64,000 nucleotides of DNA, from contig NC_087251.1 in assembly GCF_037042905.1 (NCBI RefSeq), positions 43,526,001 through 43,590,000 on the forward strand, written 5' to 3'. The first letter of the stretch is position 1. The number at the start of each line of letters is the position of its first letter. Origin of the DNA: Lytechinus pictus (taxonomy: Eukaryota). Shown in pieces: positions 24,998-39,300 of the stretch. Under the pieces are notes generated by a model. That model searched no databases, was not told the DNA's origin, and was given only the letters and a program-made list of their open reading frames with translations. The translations under genes were made by a program, and so were the position numbers.

Positions 24998-25185
24998 GTT
25001 GATGATGATAACAACATTGATGATGACGATGATGATGATGACGATGATGATGACGACGACGATGATGATAATGATGATGATAATATAATGACGATGATGA
25101 TGATGTGATAATAATGATAATAATGACAATAATCAAAATGATAATAATAATGACAATAATCAAAATGATAATAATAACAACAATG
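24998..25185. repeat. (GAT/AAT)n imperfect microsatellite
   Basis: Runs of gatgatgacgat and ataataatg. Confidence 0.85.
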
Positions 25186-25254
25186 ATCAAACAAAAAATG
25201 ACGATAGATAATCTACCGAATGAAACATGTCACGTAAAATATCGTCTTCATTTT

Positions 25255-26608
25255 TTGTCCCACCTGCATAGCAGAGTGAGACTATAGGCGCCGCTTTTCC
25301 GACGGCGGCGGCGGCGTCAACATCAAATCTTAACCGAAGGTTAAGTTTTTGAAATGACAGCATAACTTAAAAAGTATATAGACCTAGATCATGAAACTTG
25401 ACCATAAGATTAATCAAGTATTACTAAATATCCTGCCTGAGTTTTAGGGTACATGATCAAGGTCAAAGGTCATTTAGGGCCAATGAACTTAGACCATGTT
25501 GGGGAAATCAATATAAAAATATTAACCTAAGGTTAAGTTTTCGAAATTTCGTCATAACTTTAAAAGTATATAACCTAGTTCATGAAACTTGGCCATAAGG
25601 GTAATCAAGTATCACTAAACATCCTGTGCGAGTTTCAGGTCACATGACTAAGGTCAAAGGTCTTTTAAGGTCAATGAACTTTGGCCAAGTTGGGGGTATT
25701 TGTCGAATTACCGTCATAACTTCTAAACTTTATGGATCGGATTCATAAAACTTGGACATAAGAGTAATCAAGTATCACTGAACATCCTGTGCGAGTTTCA
25801 GGTCACATGACCAAGGTCAAATGTCATTTAAGGTCATTGAACTTTGGCCAAGTTGGGGGTATTCGATGAATTTCCATCATAACTTTAAAACTTTATGAAT
25901 CGGATTCATAAAACTTGGACATAAGAGTAAAAAAGTATCACTGAACATCCTGTGCGAGTTTCAGGTCACATGACCAAGGTCAAAGGTTATTTAAGGTCAA
26001 TGACCTTTGGCCATGTTGGGGGTATTTGTTGAATTACCATCATAACTCTGTAAGTGTATTGGTCTAGTTCATAAAACTTGGACATAAGAGTAACCAAGTG
26101 TCACTGAACATCCCGTGCAAGCTTTAGGTCACATTACCAAGGTCAAAGGTCAATTAACTTTGGCCATGTTGGGAGGAATTGTTGAATAACCATTATAACT
26201 CCGAAAGTGTTTGTACTTATTTCATAAAACTTGAACATAAGAGTAATCAAGTATCACTGAATATCTCACGCGAGTTTCAGGTCACATGACCAAAGTCAAT
26301 GGTCATTTAAGGTCAATGAACTGTGGCCATTTTGGAGGTAATTATTAGATTGCTGTCATAACTTTCAAAGCTTATAGATACAGTTTATAAAATGTGGATA
26401 TAGGGGTAATCAAGTATCACTGACAAGTCTTAGGTTGCATGATCAAGGTCAACTGTCATTTATTGTCATTGAACATAGTATTGTCATTACATCATTACAT
26501 GTATTGTGTTTTTGTGAATAATTATGCTATAGTAATTTTCAAAGTCAGCACTGCTGCTATATTGAATCGCGTGATGCAGGTGAGACTGCCAGAGGCGCTC
26601 CACTTGTT
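25255..26608 (+). mobile_element. Helentron/DINE-1-like (HINE) non-autonomous element with ~178-bp internal tandem repeats
   Basis: Starts in a T run. Subterminal inverted repeats gtcccacctgc / gcaggtgagac, (GGC)n near the 5' end, about six units with ggtcacatgaccaaggtcaaagg, and a 3' end gactgccagaggcgctccacttgttt. An inverted second copy lies at 62343-63182. Confidence 0.75.
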
Positions 26609-26885
26609 TTAATACAAGTTCCCAAACCATAAATCCCAAGGAATGGAATAGCGTAGTCCTGCTTTATGCGAGTTAACTAAACATCAATGTTTGTTATCCA
26701 CCTGCTAATGAGACGATCGTATTTGTATAATCTGATTGATGTGTAACAGGGCTAACTACAGATGGGTTATGGTACGGTCACACATAAGAAACCGACCGAC
26801 GATGTCACTGAAAATAACGTAATAGATTTGGTCTGTCTGGAGTAGATGTTAGCAATGTGACTGTGGTATTGCATAAGCCGCCATT

Positions 26886-27173
26886 GAGAAGTTTTCGCAC
26901 TGGCGCTGCATCGCGGATTCAAGAACAAAGTACATGTATTGAAAATGCCCATCAAATGACAAAGAAGAGCTTGGGAAAGGGGTCTTTTTTATTTAATTTC
27001 TGAACCGAAACAGCAGTTTCGTCCTAAGTTTCGGAGCTGACGAAAATTGCTGATTATGTCGTTTGTCCGAAGTCCGACAAAGACGTCTTGGTTGTTCTTT
27101 GTCACGAAGAGCATTTGACAATACATTTGCCATGTTCTTGAATCCGTCGTACGTCGTAGAGCGAAAAGTACCT
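26886..27173 (+). mobile_element. MITE immediately upstream of the gene 2 start codon
   Basis: Inverted termini ggattcaagaaca / tgttcttgaatcc. Homologous to 41814-42131 in opposite orientation. Confidence 0.7.
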
Positions 27174-27315
27174 ATTTACACCAAACCAAGAGGTGTAAAT
27201 CTCTCCCACCTCCCTGTTTACATTGATAAGATTACTAAACTTGCTGCAAGTCGTATGTGCTTTGTATACATGTACTATATACATGATTAAGGCCTAACCT
27301 CCATAATATGGTTGT

Positions 27316-30300
27316 ATGACGATGAAGCAATCTAGAGCATGTCTGCTCTGTCTTGGTTTCGCGGTTATTGGTGCCATCCATTTGGGGGTCGGGATTCTGA
27401 TCGGGTTTTATGGAATCTCGGACGGACCGTGTCCGACCTCGACATCGACGTGGAAAGAAGATGAAACGATTACGAGTAAGATGATGGATGAATGTAAGGC
27501 GGAAAACATCGAGAGGAATCTCAAGTAAGTAGCACAATGTGGAGCCCAATTCTATCACCTCACCTACAATTCAATATTTCACTAGCAATGGTTTGATTTT
27601 CTATTGGAAGTGATGGTGTGTGGTGATAGCAGAAAGTTTTTTGTTTAATATAGTTTGAGTAAGAGCATGCATGCAGTCGTAGATGTAGTCCTTTTAGTAG
27701 CAACGGTATGACGTAATTAATGTATTTAAGAGTTGTGTTTATTGCTGCTGCGTATAAAGTAAATGAATTAGGATTCTTGGTAATAATGACACCTTAAATT
27801 AGTACAGTGCTTTCTTGTACTTGTTGTAATTCAACGGCTTGTATTCTGAAGTTTAGCTTAACTCTGCGCTAAAATTATGGGAAGCTTAAAAAGTCAGAAT
27901 GGCATAGGCAAAAATCACATAGGTTATTTATTTTTATCTCTGCCATTTTCATCTCTTCCAATTTTACCTGGCACCGGAAAAAACATATATGGTAAAAACC
28001 AGTAGGTTTTTATTGGTCTTCCAAAATGTTTGCTGATACATCACATTTATGCAAATCACGGCATTGTGAAATTTTAGCTAAAATGGTAAAGAAAATAATG
28101 AAGTACATGCAAAACATATTTGTAGTATGCGAAGAATATGAAGTAAAACAGATGTCTGGCATCATTTTGATCAACAGAGAATTGAGCAGACGACCTCATT
28201 TGGCGGGAACGCCGGTTGAGAAAGAGAATGCTGAGATGCTTGTAAATCTCTGGACCGAGTACGGATTCGATTCGGTTCGGTTACTCTCTTACGATGTTCT
28301 CTTGGCTTATCCTGATCCGGACAATCCGAATAAAGTAAAGAACTATGTCCATTATCATTTTAAATATTTGTTTTAAATAGTTTATGTTTCCAAAGATGCA
28401 GATTTTCGTTTGATATACTGCATCACATTTAATATAAAAGAAAGACAAACCTGAGTAATTCTTATACGACTCACCGGTAACACACAATGAGTTGTTATTT
28501 CTTGCTTTGTTATTCTACAATCGATTATCATAAAAATAAATTATTTCAATCTGAAGACGGAAAATGTGGCCAACATTACTTGCACGAACAAATATACACT
28601 ATATTAATACTTGTATTGTCTGTTTGGTTTTTATTTTTTACCAGTTCCAATCCAATCACCCCTTTCATGTCACAGACACCTTAGAAATTATTATTCATTC
28701 ATTTCACATCTAACCAAAATTAAAGAATGAGATCATATTTCAAGTGCACAATGACAATCAATCAATATATATTTTGAAGGTGATGATAACAGATAATGGA
28801 GTCCCTGTCTTCACCAGTGCTCTCAACGAGGCTGTCCTCCGACCCGAGGATAATAATACAAATGCTGTACCACCGTTCAATGCATACTCAGCACAGGGAG
28901 AACCAGAGGTACTGATTAAAGAATACACTGTCTTCTTCAAAAGACTTCCATCCAAACTCATCATGTACCGAGAGGCAAAATAAGGCCTTAAAATTCGCTG
29001 GTGTAGGTCAAGGTTTCTTTTATATAGGCCTACAGTATATTTAATCTGAGTTAAAATTTTACAGATGAGACAAATTTTAGAAAGAAAAAACAACAGGAAA
29101 GGGCTGATTACTGTATTGTATTGGGATCGGTAATCAAACTGTCACAAAATTTACAGCATGAGCTCACGCTTGTTGAACGTAAATATAAGTGAAGTCAATG
29201 CAGATGGTTAAGATTTAGATGCTTAATTTGTGATGTCCTGAATATTCTCTCCGAGCTCTAGGGTGCACCCCCGTTATGTAGCCATGTACCAGAACTATAC
29301 TCAAAACATAAATTATAATCTAAGGGGGTTTAATTATTGGGAAAGGGAAGGCAGTTATTTATTCTGTGAACAGGGGTTCTATGAAATTATAAACAACTAA
29401 GGTTTCATTGGCTGAGATTGAATCAATGGATAATTCAGCTTTCTGAGAAGGGGGACTGGTGCCCGTTTCATAAAGGACTTGCAACTGTTGTAACTTTGCC
29501 ATAATGGCAACTACCATGGTAACAGGGGTCAGCAGCCAATCAGGATCAAGCTTTCCATGGTAGTTGCCATAATGGCAAAGATACAACAGTTGCAAGTCCT
29601 CTGTGAAACGGGCCCCAGCACATCAATGGGATGGGCATTTAACGGGGGTTCTTCACACTAAAATGTGTAGACTTTTTTTGAGGGGGGGGGTATTAAAACG
29701 AATTTACTGTCGAGGTGAACTTCCCCTTTAACATTTCCTCACACAGGAACATCATAACGCTGTCAGATCCGATATTATTTCATTTTGTTTTATGGGCAGG
29801 CCCCTCTCGTGTATGTCAACCATGGAACATCGGATGATTTTGATTGGCTAGCCAAGAACAGACCAGATATCAATATCAATGGATCGATCGTCATTGTCAA
29901 ATACGGCAAAGGTTTTCGTGGACATAAAGTAAGTTTGAGTCAATCTATTTCTAGAAAAACATCTCTGCTAATTGAACGTTGCGAGAAACTTGCGGTCAAT
30001 TGCAAATCAAGTGTTAATATGGACATTGAGCGCATGCCTTTTGATAAATACAAACTACCCTGTGACACCCCCATTACTCTTGATTATGGGACAGATACGG
30101 TTGCTTTGCGATCGAACGTAAGTTCCTTGTAACCACTGGCGGATCCAGGGGGGGGGACAAAGCCGGCCCGTGTCCCCCTTTTTTGAGAGGCACAATTAAA
30201 ATTTGTAATGTAAAAATGCCGTTAAAATAGAAGTGTGTCCCCCCTTGAAAGTGAAGACCTTTTTTTGCCTATGGCCCGTGCAGACGGCATTATATGAAGA

Positions 30301-33300
30301 AAGAAAATACAGATGTCTTCAGAAATAGGTTTTTTTTCAATCACCCCTCTCTCTCTCTTTTAACAAGGTACTAAATGCTCAAAAAGCAGGTGCTTTAGGA
30401 GTAATCATCTATTCAGATCCTGCAAATTATGCTCAAGAAGGTCCAAACGCAGCGTATCCGACTGACTGGTGGTTACCGGATACCGGTACACAGCGAGGTA
30501 ACGTGTTTGTTGGGAGCGCAAAGGGAGATCCGGCTACTCCCGGTTATCCGTCTAAACGTAAGTAACGCACAAGCTCTTTGAAATTCGTGATCATGTAACG
30601 AAAACTATTAATTTTAAGATTTAAAATGTTAATTTTCATCAAAATGGTGAGAGAGATAACAGAAGTACAGCGTGGTATTGTAATGATTAAAAGGGTTATT
30701 TGAATGCACTTTCATGTATGATTTTTTTTATTGTTTGCTTTTGTCCACATTGTTGATGGAGTCTTGTTTTAACTTCAGGTTTTTGTTCTCATGTCCTTTT
30801 CATTTTCAACAGCTTATATGTACCGATTAAACGACTCGGATACCACTCTCCCGACTATTCCGGTGCATCCGATTAGCTACGGAGATGCGCAACATCTGCT
30901 CAAGTAAGAAATGTTCGTCGCTTTAAAGAGATTTATGATTTTTGTATTTGAATAGGCTGAATCGGTATTCCCCATTAGTAAAGAACCTCAACTTCTTACC
31001 ATTCACGTTATCTTATCGAGTTTTACCACGTTAATGTATGAATCTTAAGCATATAGGACCCTAATGCCCATAGTATTCCGACGTCGGGTATAACTTGGGA
31101 CATGGGCTAACTCTGTGCTAAAGAAGCCAAATATATATATATATTTAAAGTGTATACTTTTTATGTTCATTGTGCTCTCTCGTTCACCATGCTAAAATTA
31201 CAAAAAAAAATAAGTCAGTTATTATTTCCAGACAGTTGTTGTGAATGATTTAAGTAACAGATGAGCTGGTTAAATCAAACCTGTACTTTCAGCTAATTAT
31301 TGTGTCACGATTCGCTATCCATAGTTAACCCACCACTTTAGGCCAGAGTCTAAAATTTAACCCGAGATCAGAATATGAGCCTAAATGTCTCATTTTTATT
31401 TGAATGATCACGTTTTCTGTGAATATAGTGAACTTGCCGGTGATGAGGTCCCTGATGACTGGAAGGGAGGTCTCAACATCACCTACAGATTTGGACCAGG
31501 TTTCACTAATCCCAACAGGTCAGAAAGTATTTCGCATCATTCATTATAACATCATGTATAGTCACGTCACATTATGCAGTGAAATATGGTGGTGTCCGAT
31601 TAAAACTGAATATACTAATGTAATACACATTTTAAAAATACTAAGAGAAGTTGCAGTTAATAAAGATAAATATTTAAAATAGACCGAAGTGGAATGCTTA
31701 AGGAAGACTTTTGACCTCAGTGTATGTATTTTTGATACTAAGAAACCATCCATTTTTAATCATTTACAAAATAGAAACTAGTTTTAGAGAATTAAATAGG
31801 ACTACCATATATACATTGCGTTGCTCCTATACGTTGGACATGTTTGATGGAAAGGGTAAAAATGCACATTCGCTCATTCAATTTCAATTTTGTTCATAGA
31901 AATCCATTAAAAACATGTACAAAGAATCATATTTACAAAGTACAAACAAAATAAATATGACTAAACATTGGTCCAATGTTTAGTCATATTTTTTTCTACT
32001 TTGTAAATATGATTCTTTATGAGAGGGAAAGCAAGAAAAAACAAGCCTTTTGATTAGCTGACCCTATAACATAATACTATACAAAGACTTTAATAAAAAC
32101 GATAGAAAAAAATCACAAACTATAACGTAAAAGGGGGTGCCTATATTGCCTAAATAAAATTTATACAAACACACTTGATGACTATTCAAAATAGTATAAT
32201 AATGTAAACGATAATCATCATAACTTGATTTCGTACTTGACAGAAAGGTGAAAATGAGCATACATACTTCACGAGAGATTCGAACCATCTACAACGTGAT
32301 TAGTGTCATCAACGGAGCAGTTGAACCAGGTGAAACTATGATTGTAACTTAAGCCATTTCTCATGCAGAATATTTTCTGGTAGCTTGTTTCCTTAAAAAA
32401 AGTGCAAGCTAGTATATCGATATACTACCGGCTTACTATAATTACCAAAGGAATTTTATACAGCTTATTCTTATTTACCATGTGTAACTTTTGGGGTTAA
32501 GGATTGTACACTTATCTATTAATTAAACGTAAAATAATCAGCAATTAACATTAGTATTCTAAATTACTTTTTCTAATAGATAAATGAAATTCGCATCCGT
32601 CAGAAATTATTATTTTTTTACGTATAATTACAATTTTATTGCAAATCATCTTTTCATTTTTCTTATTCCTTTACAGGGACGAACTTAATGACAATGATGA
32701 ATAAAGATTCAAGATATTACACCGTGATTTCAAATGTTTTTTAATTTTCTGCAGATCGTTACGTGTTGCTAGGCAACCATCGTGATGCCTGGGTTTATGG
32801 TGCTATTGATCCATCCAGTGGAACGGCAGTTCTTATGGAGACAACAAGAGTCTACTCCCAAGTGATAAAAACAGGTAAGCATAGGTTTTAGATATATTTC
32901 TAGTTCTGCATAACTTTTGCACCCCTCTCCTCTTCTCTCCATCTCACTCTCCCTCTCACTTCCTCTTTCTCCCTCACTCTCTCTCTCTTATAGATTCGTC
33001 TATCACTATCTCTTTCGTCTTTTTTTCTCTCCCTCTCCATCGATCTCTATATTAGGCTTCTGTTCTCTCCCTAAAAAATAACTTTAAAAATGTGTACTTG
33101 TTCCCCCTCTCTGTGTTTAAATGTTATCTATTTCTCCTCCATCCCCTTAAAGGTTGGCGACCACGAAGATCTGTGATGTTCTGTAGCTGGGGAGCCGAGG
33201 AGTATGGTCTACTAGGATCTACTGAGTTTGTAGAGGTATAAAAGTCATTTTTAACTTTTCTATTAGTTTATTTACACTAATTATTTAAAGGGGGAGCGAA

Positions 33301-36300
33301 CTGACCGACACATCGTGTGGTCTCTTAATGACTGTTTGTTATATATAATTACTCTAAATAATATACATTTTGAGATAACCAGCAATGATACAGAGAACGA
33401 AGTAGCCTATAATTTCATTCATACAATTACAAAGAAACTCAATTTTTTTCGAGAGGAAAGTACTTGTCTTGCTACTTTAAAGTGTACTTAATGGTGAATA
33501 AGGGTGTTATCATTTATGTGGGCTTATCTTCAGAGCTTACGTTAATCTGGCCAGATGTGAGTAGTTTAGGACTTGAGGGGGCGCTGTTCAGGCTGCTGGT
33601 TCGTTGCTGCTTTCATGTATTTTATTTTTATGCTGTTTTTGTTCTATATTAGTATATTCGACTTAATTAATTTGCTTCCAATACAACCAGGAATATCAAA
33701 AGATTCTTGGCGAAAGGGCTGTGGCTTATATCAACGTAGACAGCGCTGTGGTTGGGAATTATTCGTTTGTTGCCAGGGCAACGCCCCTCTTGCAGCAGGC
33801 TTTAATGGATGCAACTAAAAAGGTGAGCATTTATAGATAATGAACACACATTAGATGTGTAGGAAGAAAATAATTGTTATTTCACGATTGTTACATTCAT
33901 AAAATACAATATAATACTGCACTCGATATGAACGAGTATGTCATATGAATTAATAGCAGCTTTTGTGTATTAAAATAATACATGTTGTTCATATGATTCG
34001 AACTTAACGTGATTAATGGAGGTAGCAAAGTTCAATGTTGCAAGAGCGATGAATGATTACTCGGGTCATCTCCATTAGATTGTAATGTATAGTAAAGACA
34101 TTTAATACAAAATATAGTATTACACATAATATTTTACTCCTAGTATGTACAGTATTAGAAGGATTTTTTTTTCTTGTTGCATATTCTGTTTGATATTTGT
34201 TGATCTGTTGTCCTATTCCAGTTACCCTACCTATCTCCACATTCTATCCTTTTATATTCATACCACTCCGCTCACCGTCACTTTATCACGCTCTTCTCCG
34301 ATCATTCTCTCAGTGTGGGTGTGGGTGAAGTTGCGTCGAGGATTTGGGTGTGTATGTGATTGATAAGTAGGTGAGTGCGACAGTTCAAAATCTCTTGTGC
34401 TCACGCACTCACACAGTATACTCTCACACACTCATAATAAGTTTCCACGGCGTACTTTCACCTTTAGCACACACAATCCAATCCGCACACACTCACACCC
34501 ACCTCCTCACACACACCCGCACTCTCACACTCACCCACACACACATCCTCCCTTCACGACTCTGTCTCCTTTATCTCTCTCTCTCTCTCTCTCTCTCTCT
34601 AGGTACCTGACGGTGAGACGCGAGAAAGATCAGTCTATGATCTATGGTTACAGCGAATCCCTGGTCCTAATGGCAAGCCTTAGTAAATAACCCTCCCTTT
34701 TTAAAGCGCATCAGTCACCAAAATATCTGTAGCAAGTGTCTAAAGCAGGATAGACAAAATATATTGAATTTCTGAAAATGACAAATACCAAAAAATAATC
34801 CTTGTAATATTACAAAGTGGGATGTTAAAGTGTGATATTGTGTATCTGTTAATTTATGTTATAACCTGGGTAGTGTTTTGTCAGGCAATAGTCGACTGAG
34901 TTGTTCTGAGCCAATCATGTGCACCTCTTTCAGTAACTTAAAACAATTGTCACTTACATGGGTGTCGATCGGTATTCTTGGTTGACACAAATGTTCTTGT
35001 GGATGGGGATCTTTCAACATTACCCCCACTAAAATCACAAGTTAGGACATTTGGGAGTGGTTGATATGCATGGTGTTCTTGCAGTGGCGTACCGTGAGTC
35101 ACGGCATGGGGGGGGGGTACCAGCAAAATGTTTGAGTCACTTAGTGAGCGCGCGAAGCGCGCTCAGTTGCCAGGTATACTGACCTAATAGGGACATTTTA
35201 AGGACAGTGCCATTAAACGGATATGTATCTCACTGCTCAAATAATGCGAGCGCGAAGCGCGAGCTGAAAATTTTTGATATGCAGACCAAAAAAGGACATT
35301 ATAAGCAATTTTTTGTAATCATGATACATACCTGTCTCGCTAAACAAACAATGCGAGCGCGAAGCGCGAGCTGAAATTTTTGTAAATATTTACCCCAAAC
35401 AAGGACATGTTAAGGACTATATTTTAGGAATCCATTAAGAGTATACATATCTCACCATAGTCATCTAATGCGAGTGCAAAGCGCTTGCTGATTTTGCTAC
35501 ATCTAAACACATGAAGCACTTTTTGTAGTCATTGTAATCATGATAATACGCATCTTACTCATCAAATATTGCGAGCGCGAAGCGCGAGCTGAAAATTTAG
35601 GATATTCAGACCTGAAGAGAGGCATTCTGAGGCCTGTTTGTAAGAATTCACTAAGACCATACGATACTATTTCACTAAAGAAATGATGCGATCGAAAATT
35701 TTTGATATTCAGATCAGAAAAAGGGACATTTTAAGGACTGATTTTTAGGAATTCATGAAGAGCAGTCATATCTCACCAATCTACTAGTGCGAACGTAAGC
35801 ACGGACAGGAAATGTTTTATATTAACACCTTAAAATGGGGCAATCACTTTAAGTAGTCATGAAAAAGAACCATATGTCACTACATAAAACAATAATAAGT
35901 CGAAGTGCGAGGAAATATATTTGGTGTATATTGACTTAAAAACGTTAAACAGACAATGCGAGTACCGGGAACAATGAAGAAATCTAGGCCTGAGCAAAAT
36001 AAAGTTATGAAAAAATGTTTCTTATGTATTATAACATAACATTATTATAATATAACATTATAATGAACAATAATTTCTTCATTCCCACTACGTTTCTCTT
36101 CCTTTCTCCTCTTCCCCGTTTTTTTTTTGGCCAGCCGATTGGGGGGCACGTGCCCCCATGCCCCCCCCCCCCGTAGTTACGCCACTGTGTTCTTGGAAAT
36201 TCTTTCATTATTGCAGTGTACTGTACTTATAATTTTTTTATTTTATTCAATTTGTGTTATAAGTAAGCCTATTCTAAACTCATACGAAAGAAAAAATGGC

Positions 36301-39300
36301 AAAAATTGTCTGGACCATGTACAAAGTGATCTGTTTATTGGACATGATGTATACAACTTCTCTCTTAAATCTAACCCGACTGGCGATATCTTTTTTCTTC
36401 TTAATGCGTGATGATAAAATGCAGATTCGGACAAATTAAGACTAGCACAAATTACAAACTGTGTGGCTTTTCGTGCGCCATCGGGCTTACCGTCATTCCT
36501 TAGACGATTTTAACCCTGGATTTTAACATGTTTTAAATGCTTTATAAGTGCATAAAACAAAAACAAACATAAAAACAATCAAAACTCAACTGTCATGTTA
36601 TGATATTTCTCCAACATTTTCTTGAACCATCAGTGTGTAATATCAGCTGATATATGTGTTAAAATGAAATTTACGTACCGCATGAGTGTGCTCATATAGA
36701 ATGCAAAACTGTCATCCCTTTCCAAACTCAAAAGAGATTTCTTTTTGCCAAAATAAGAAAGAGCCAATCAAGTTTAGTTATTCAAGTCCATAACAATAAC
36801 AAGAATAACATGGGGGAAAAATCCGATGTTCATATCCGAAGATACGCTTTAGAGAGAAATGAATGATTATTCTTTCTGAAACCATTAGTTTATTTCACTT
36901 ATTAAAAAATTGTAAAAATATGATCATATTACCACTGGTGGGATGGAACACCCTATCAACAAAAGTTGTTTTTCGTCGGAGTCCTTTTATGTCATGTGTT
37001 AAAAAATATCATATACGTAAACATTTCATTCTTTTTCATCTTGAACCTCCACCCATCTGTTTAAAAGTCCTGGAAAAGAATGTTTTTATTTAATACAATA
37101 TACACGAATTGCGAGGGAAACAAACTGATTGATGGCATACTATAATCATCACTATAATCATTATGATCAAACCTTTACATTTTTTCATTATCATTATTAT
37201 AAATCTTCTACCCTAAATTATTGGGGGGGATGATAATACAGGCCATCCCCCCCACTTGAAATATTGGGGGGATATATCCCCCCCATCCCCCCGTGATCGA
37301 CACCCATGGTCACTTATTACTTGTTTCGTGAAATCCTTCCCAAGTCGTGAGATACGTACACCTGTAGATTACCCACCTTTTTTTTTCATTTCCTATTCTC
37401 TGTTCCCGTTTATTAGCGTATCAGTTATTGGATCAGGCAGTGACCACGCCCCGTTCATACACCGTATTGGAGTCCCTTCCACCGACCTGCTTTATGTCTA
37501 TGACCTCGTAAGATACTCCTATTGTTATTTTCTTTTCATCTTACGTAGATAGAATAAGTCTTATTGACAAACTCGCTTCAGGTCATTACTTTGTTTGATG
37601 TGAAAATTTCCCATTAAATCTTGCCTTATGAGAAGGCTGTTCTAGAGCCACGGAAAAAAGAATTAACACTGAAATTACAAGTTCGAATTTGCCGAATTAT
37701 CATTATTATCATTTATCATCAATATTTTTTGGGGGTCTAAATTACCGCTGATTTTTAAAGAAAGAAAGTCTATTCTTATTTTTGTAAAAATTATACATTT
37801 TTCTACCGAAAAATCTTAAGATGAATCACACAAATTTTATACAAAAAAGTGTCAAATTTATTTTCATTTCTTTTAATCAGAGTTTGGGCTTATCATCTTA
37901 TCCCGTCTACCATTCCGTGTATGAGAACTTTTACTACGTGAAGAACTTCTTGGACTGGAACTTCTGGCGCCATCAGGCCATGGCAAGAGTCTTTCTAGAA
38001 TTCTCGCGAGATCTCGCGGACTCCGCGATTCTTCCGTTCGGTTGCACGGATTATGCCACAAAGCTTAGGCAAGCTGCACAAGGCTTTAGGAGTAATTTCG
38101 GGGAAAAGATGACCCAGAATGGGATCGATTTTGGTAAGAATGATGAAAGGAGATTCGTTACAACTGATCAATCTAGAGTAGGCCATGGTAACTCGTAAAA
38201 TGAACATTATATCAATCGCGATATGATTACATGATTTAATTTGTATGAAGACAGACGAATCCCTTAGGAGGCCTAATGGTTAAGGTCTGATAGTTTTTTA
38301 ATGTAGGTCGCGGTTTTTCTATTCATATGATAATAAATCTGTATCTGAGTATGTATTTGAATAATTTCAACGTCAAACGCTAAATTTGGTAAAAATTAAT
38401 GAGCTACAGGTTATTTGTAATGTTTTTAATACGTGAATAAATTGAATAATTACAGCATATACGGTAATAGAAAACTGTTATACAGTGCGTATCAAAAAAA
38501 GTTTACAATTTGAAAAAGCCCTGGGAATTAAAAAATATACGACATGCGGGTATTTTTTCAACATTTATTCCTGGGTTTGGGTCTCATCTATTCAATGAAA
38601 GTAAAAGTTTTGACAGAATGTTACACTTGAGTGAGCGCTGTCCATTTTTGTAAAGCTCGCATAAATCTGTTTGCGCAGAAATGCTAATTTTCACGCTGTG
38701 TCAAGGGGAAAGGGCGAAATAAATCTTACCCAGCGAAACATTTCTCATACATTTCACTTGCACTTATAGTCAATTGAAATAAAACGGATACATTCAAGCA
38801 TTTTGTAACAATTTTGCCACCCAAATCTAAATTTCAACACTAAGTAAGCACAACCTTTACCCTTTTTGTGCCAGCTGGATCTGAGGACATAACTGAATCT
38901 GAACAAAAGTTTATATCAGATATCTCCAGCATTTTTTTACTAAGTTTTCATCATTTAAAGTGGGTTTACATTTCATTTTTCATTTAATACTTGTTTCTCC
39001 ACACTTTTCCCAAGCTTGACAATGATAAAAAAATTGAAAATCAAGCCTAAGCCATTTCATGTAAATCACAGCTCAGTGTAAAGCAAATATCGTCAAGACG
39101 GCCTGGGTGTTTGGAGGAGTGGGGTGGGGCGCAATGCACTCTTCCAAGTGTTTTGGGCAAGGAAACAAGTTGAAAAAGGTAAAATATTTCTTCAAATCAA
39201 TTTTACTAGCTAAATTAAACATGTTCTTCATGATTAAGGTCTACTTTTATTCGCATTGCTATTTCAAAGTTCTGCGCAAATCATTTTTCACTATCTTTTC

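Noticed and set aside
34681..34690. Apparent in-frame TAG in gene 2 exon 12 suggesting a pseudogene
   Set aside because: The donor TA|gtaaat splits the codon, which is completed as TAC by exon 13. The phase is the same as in genes 1 and 3.
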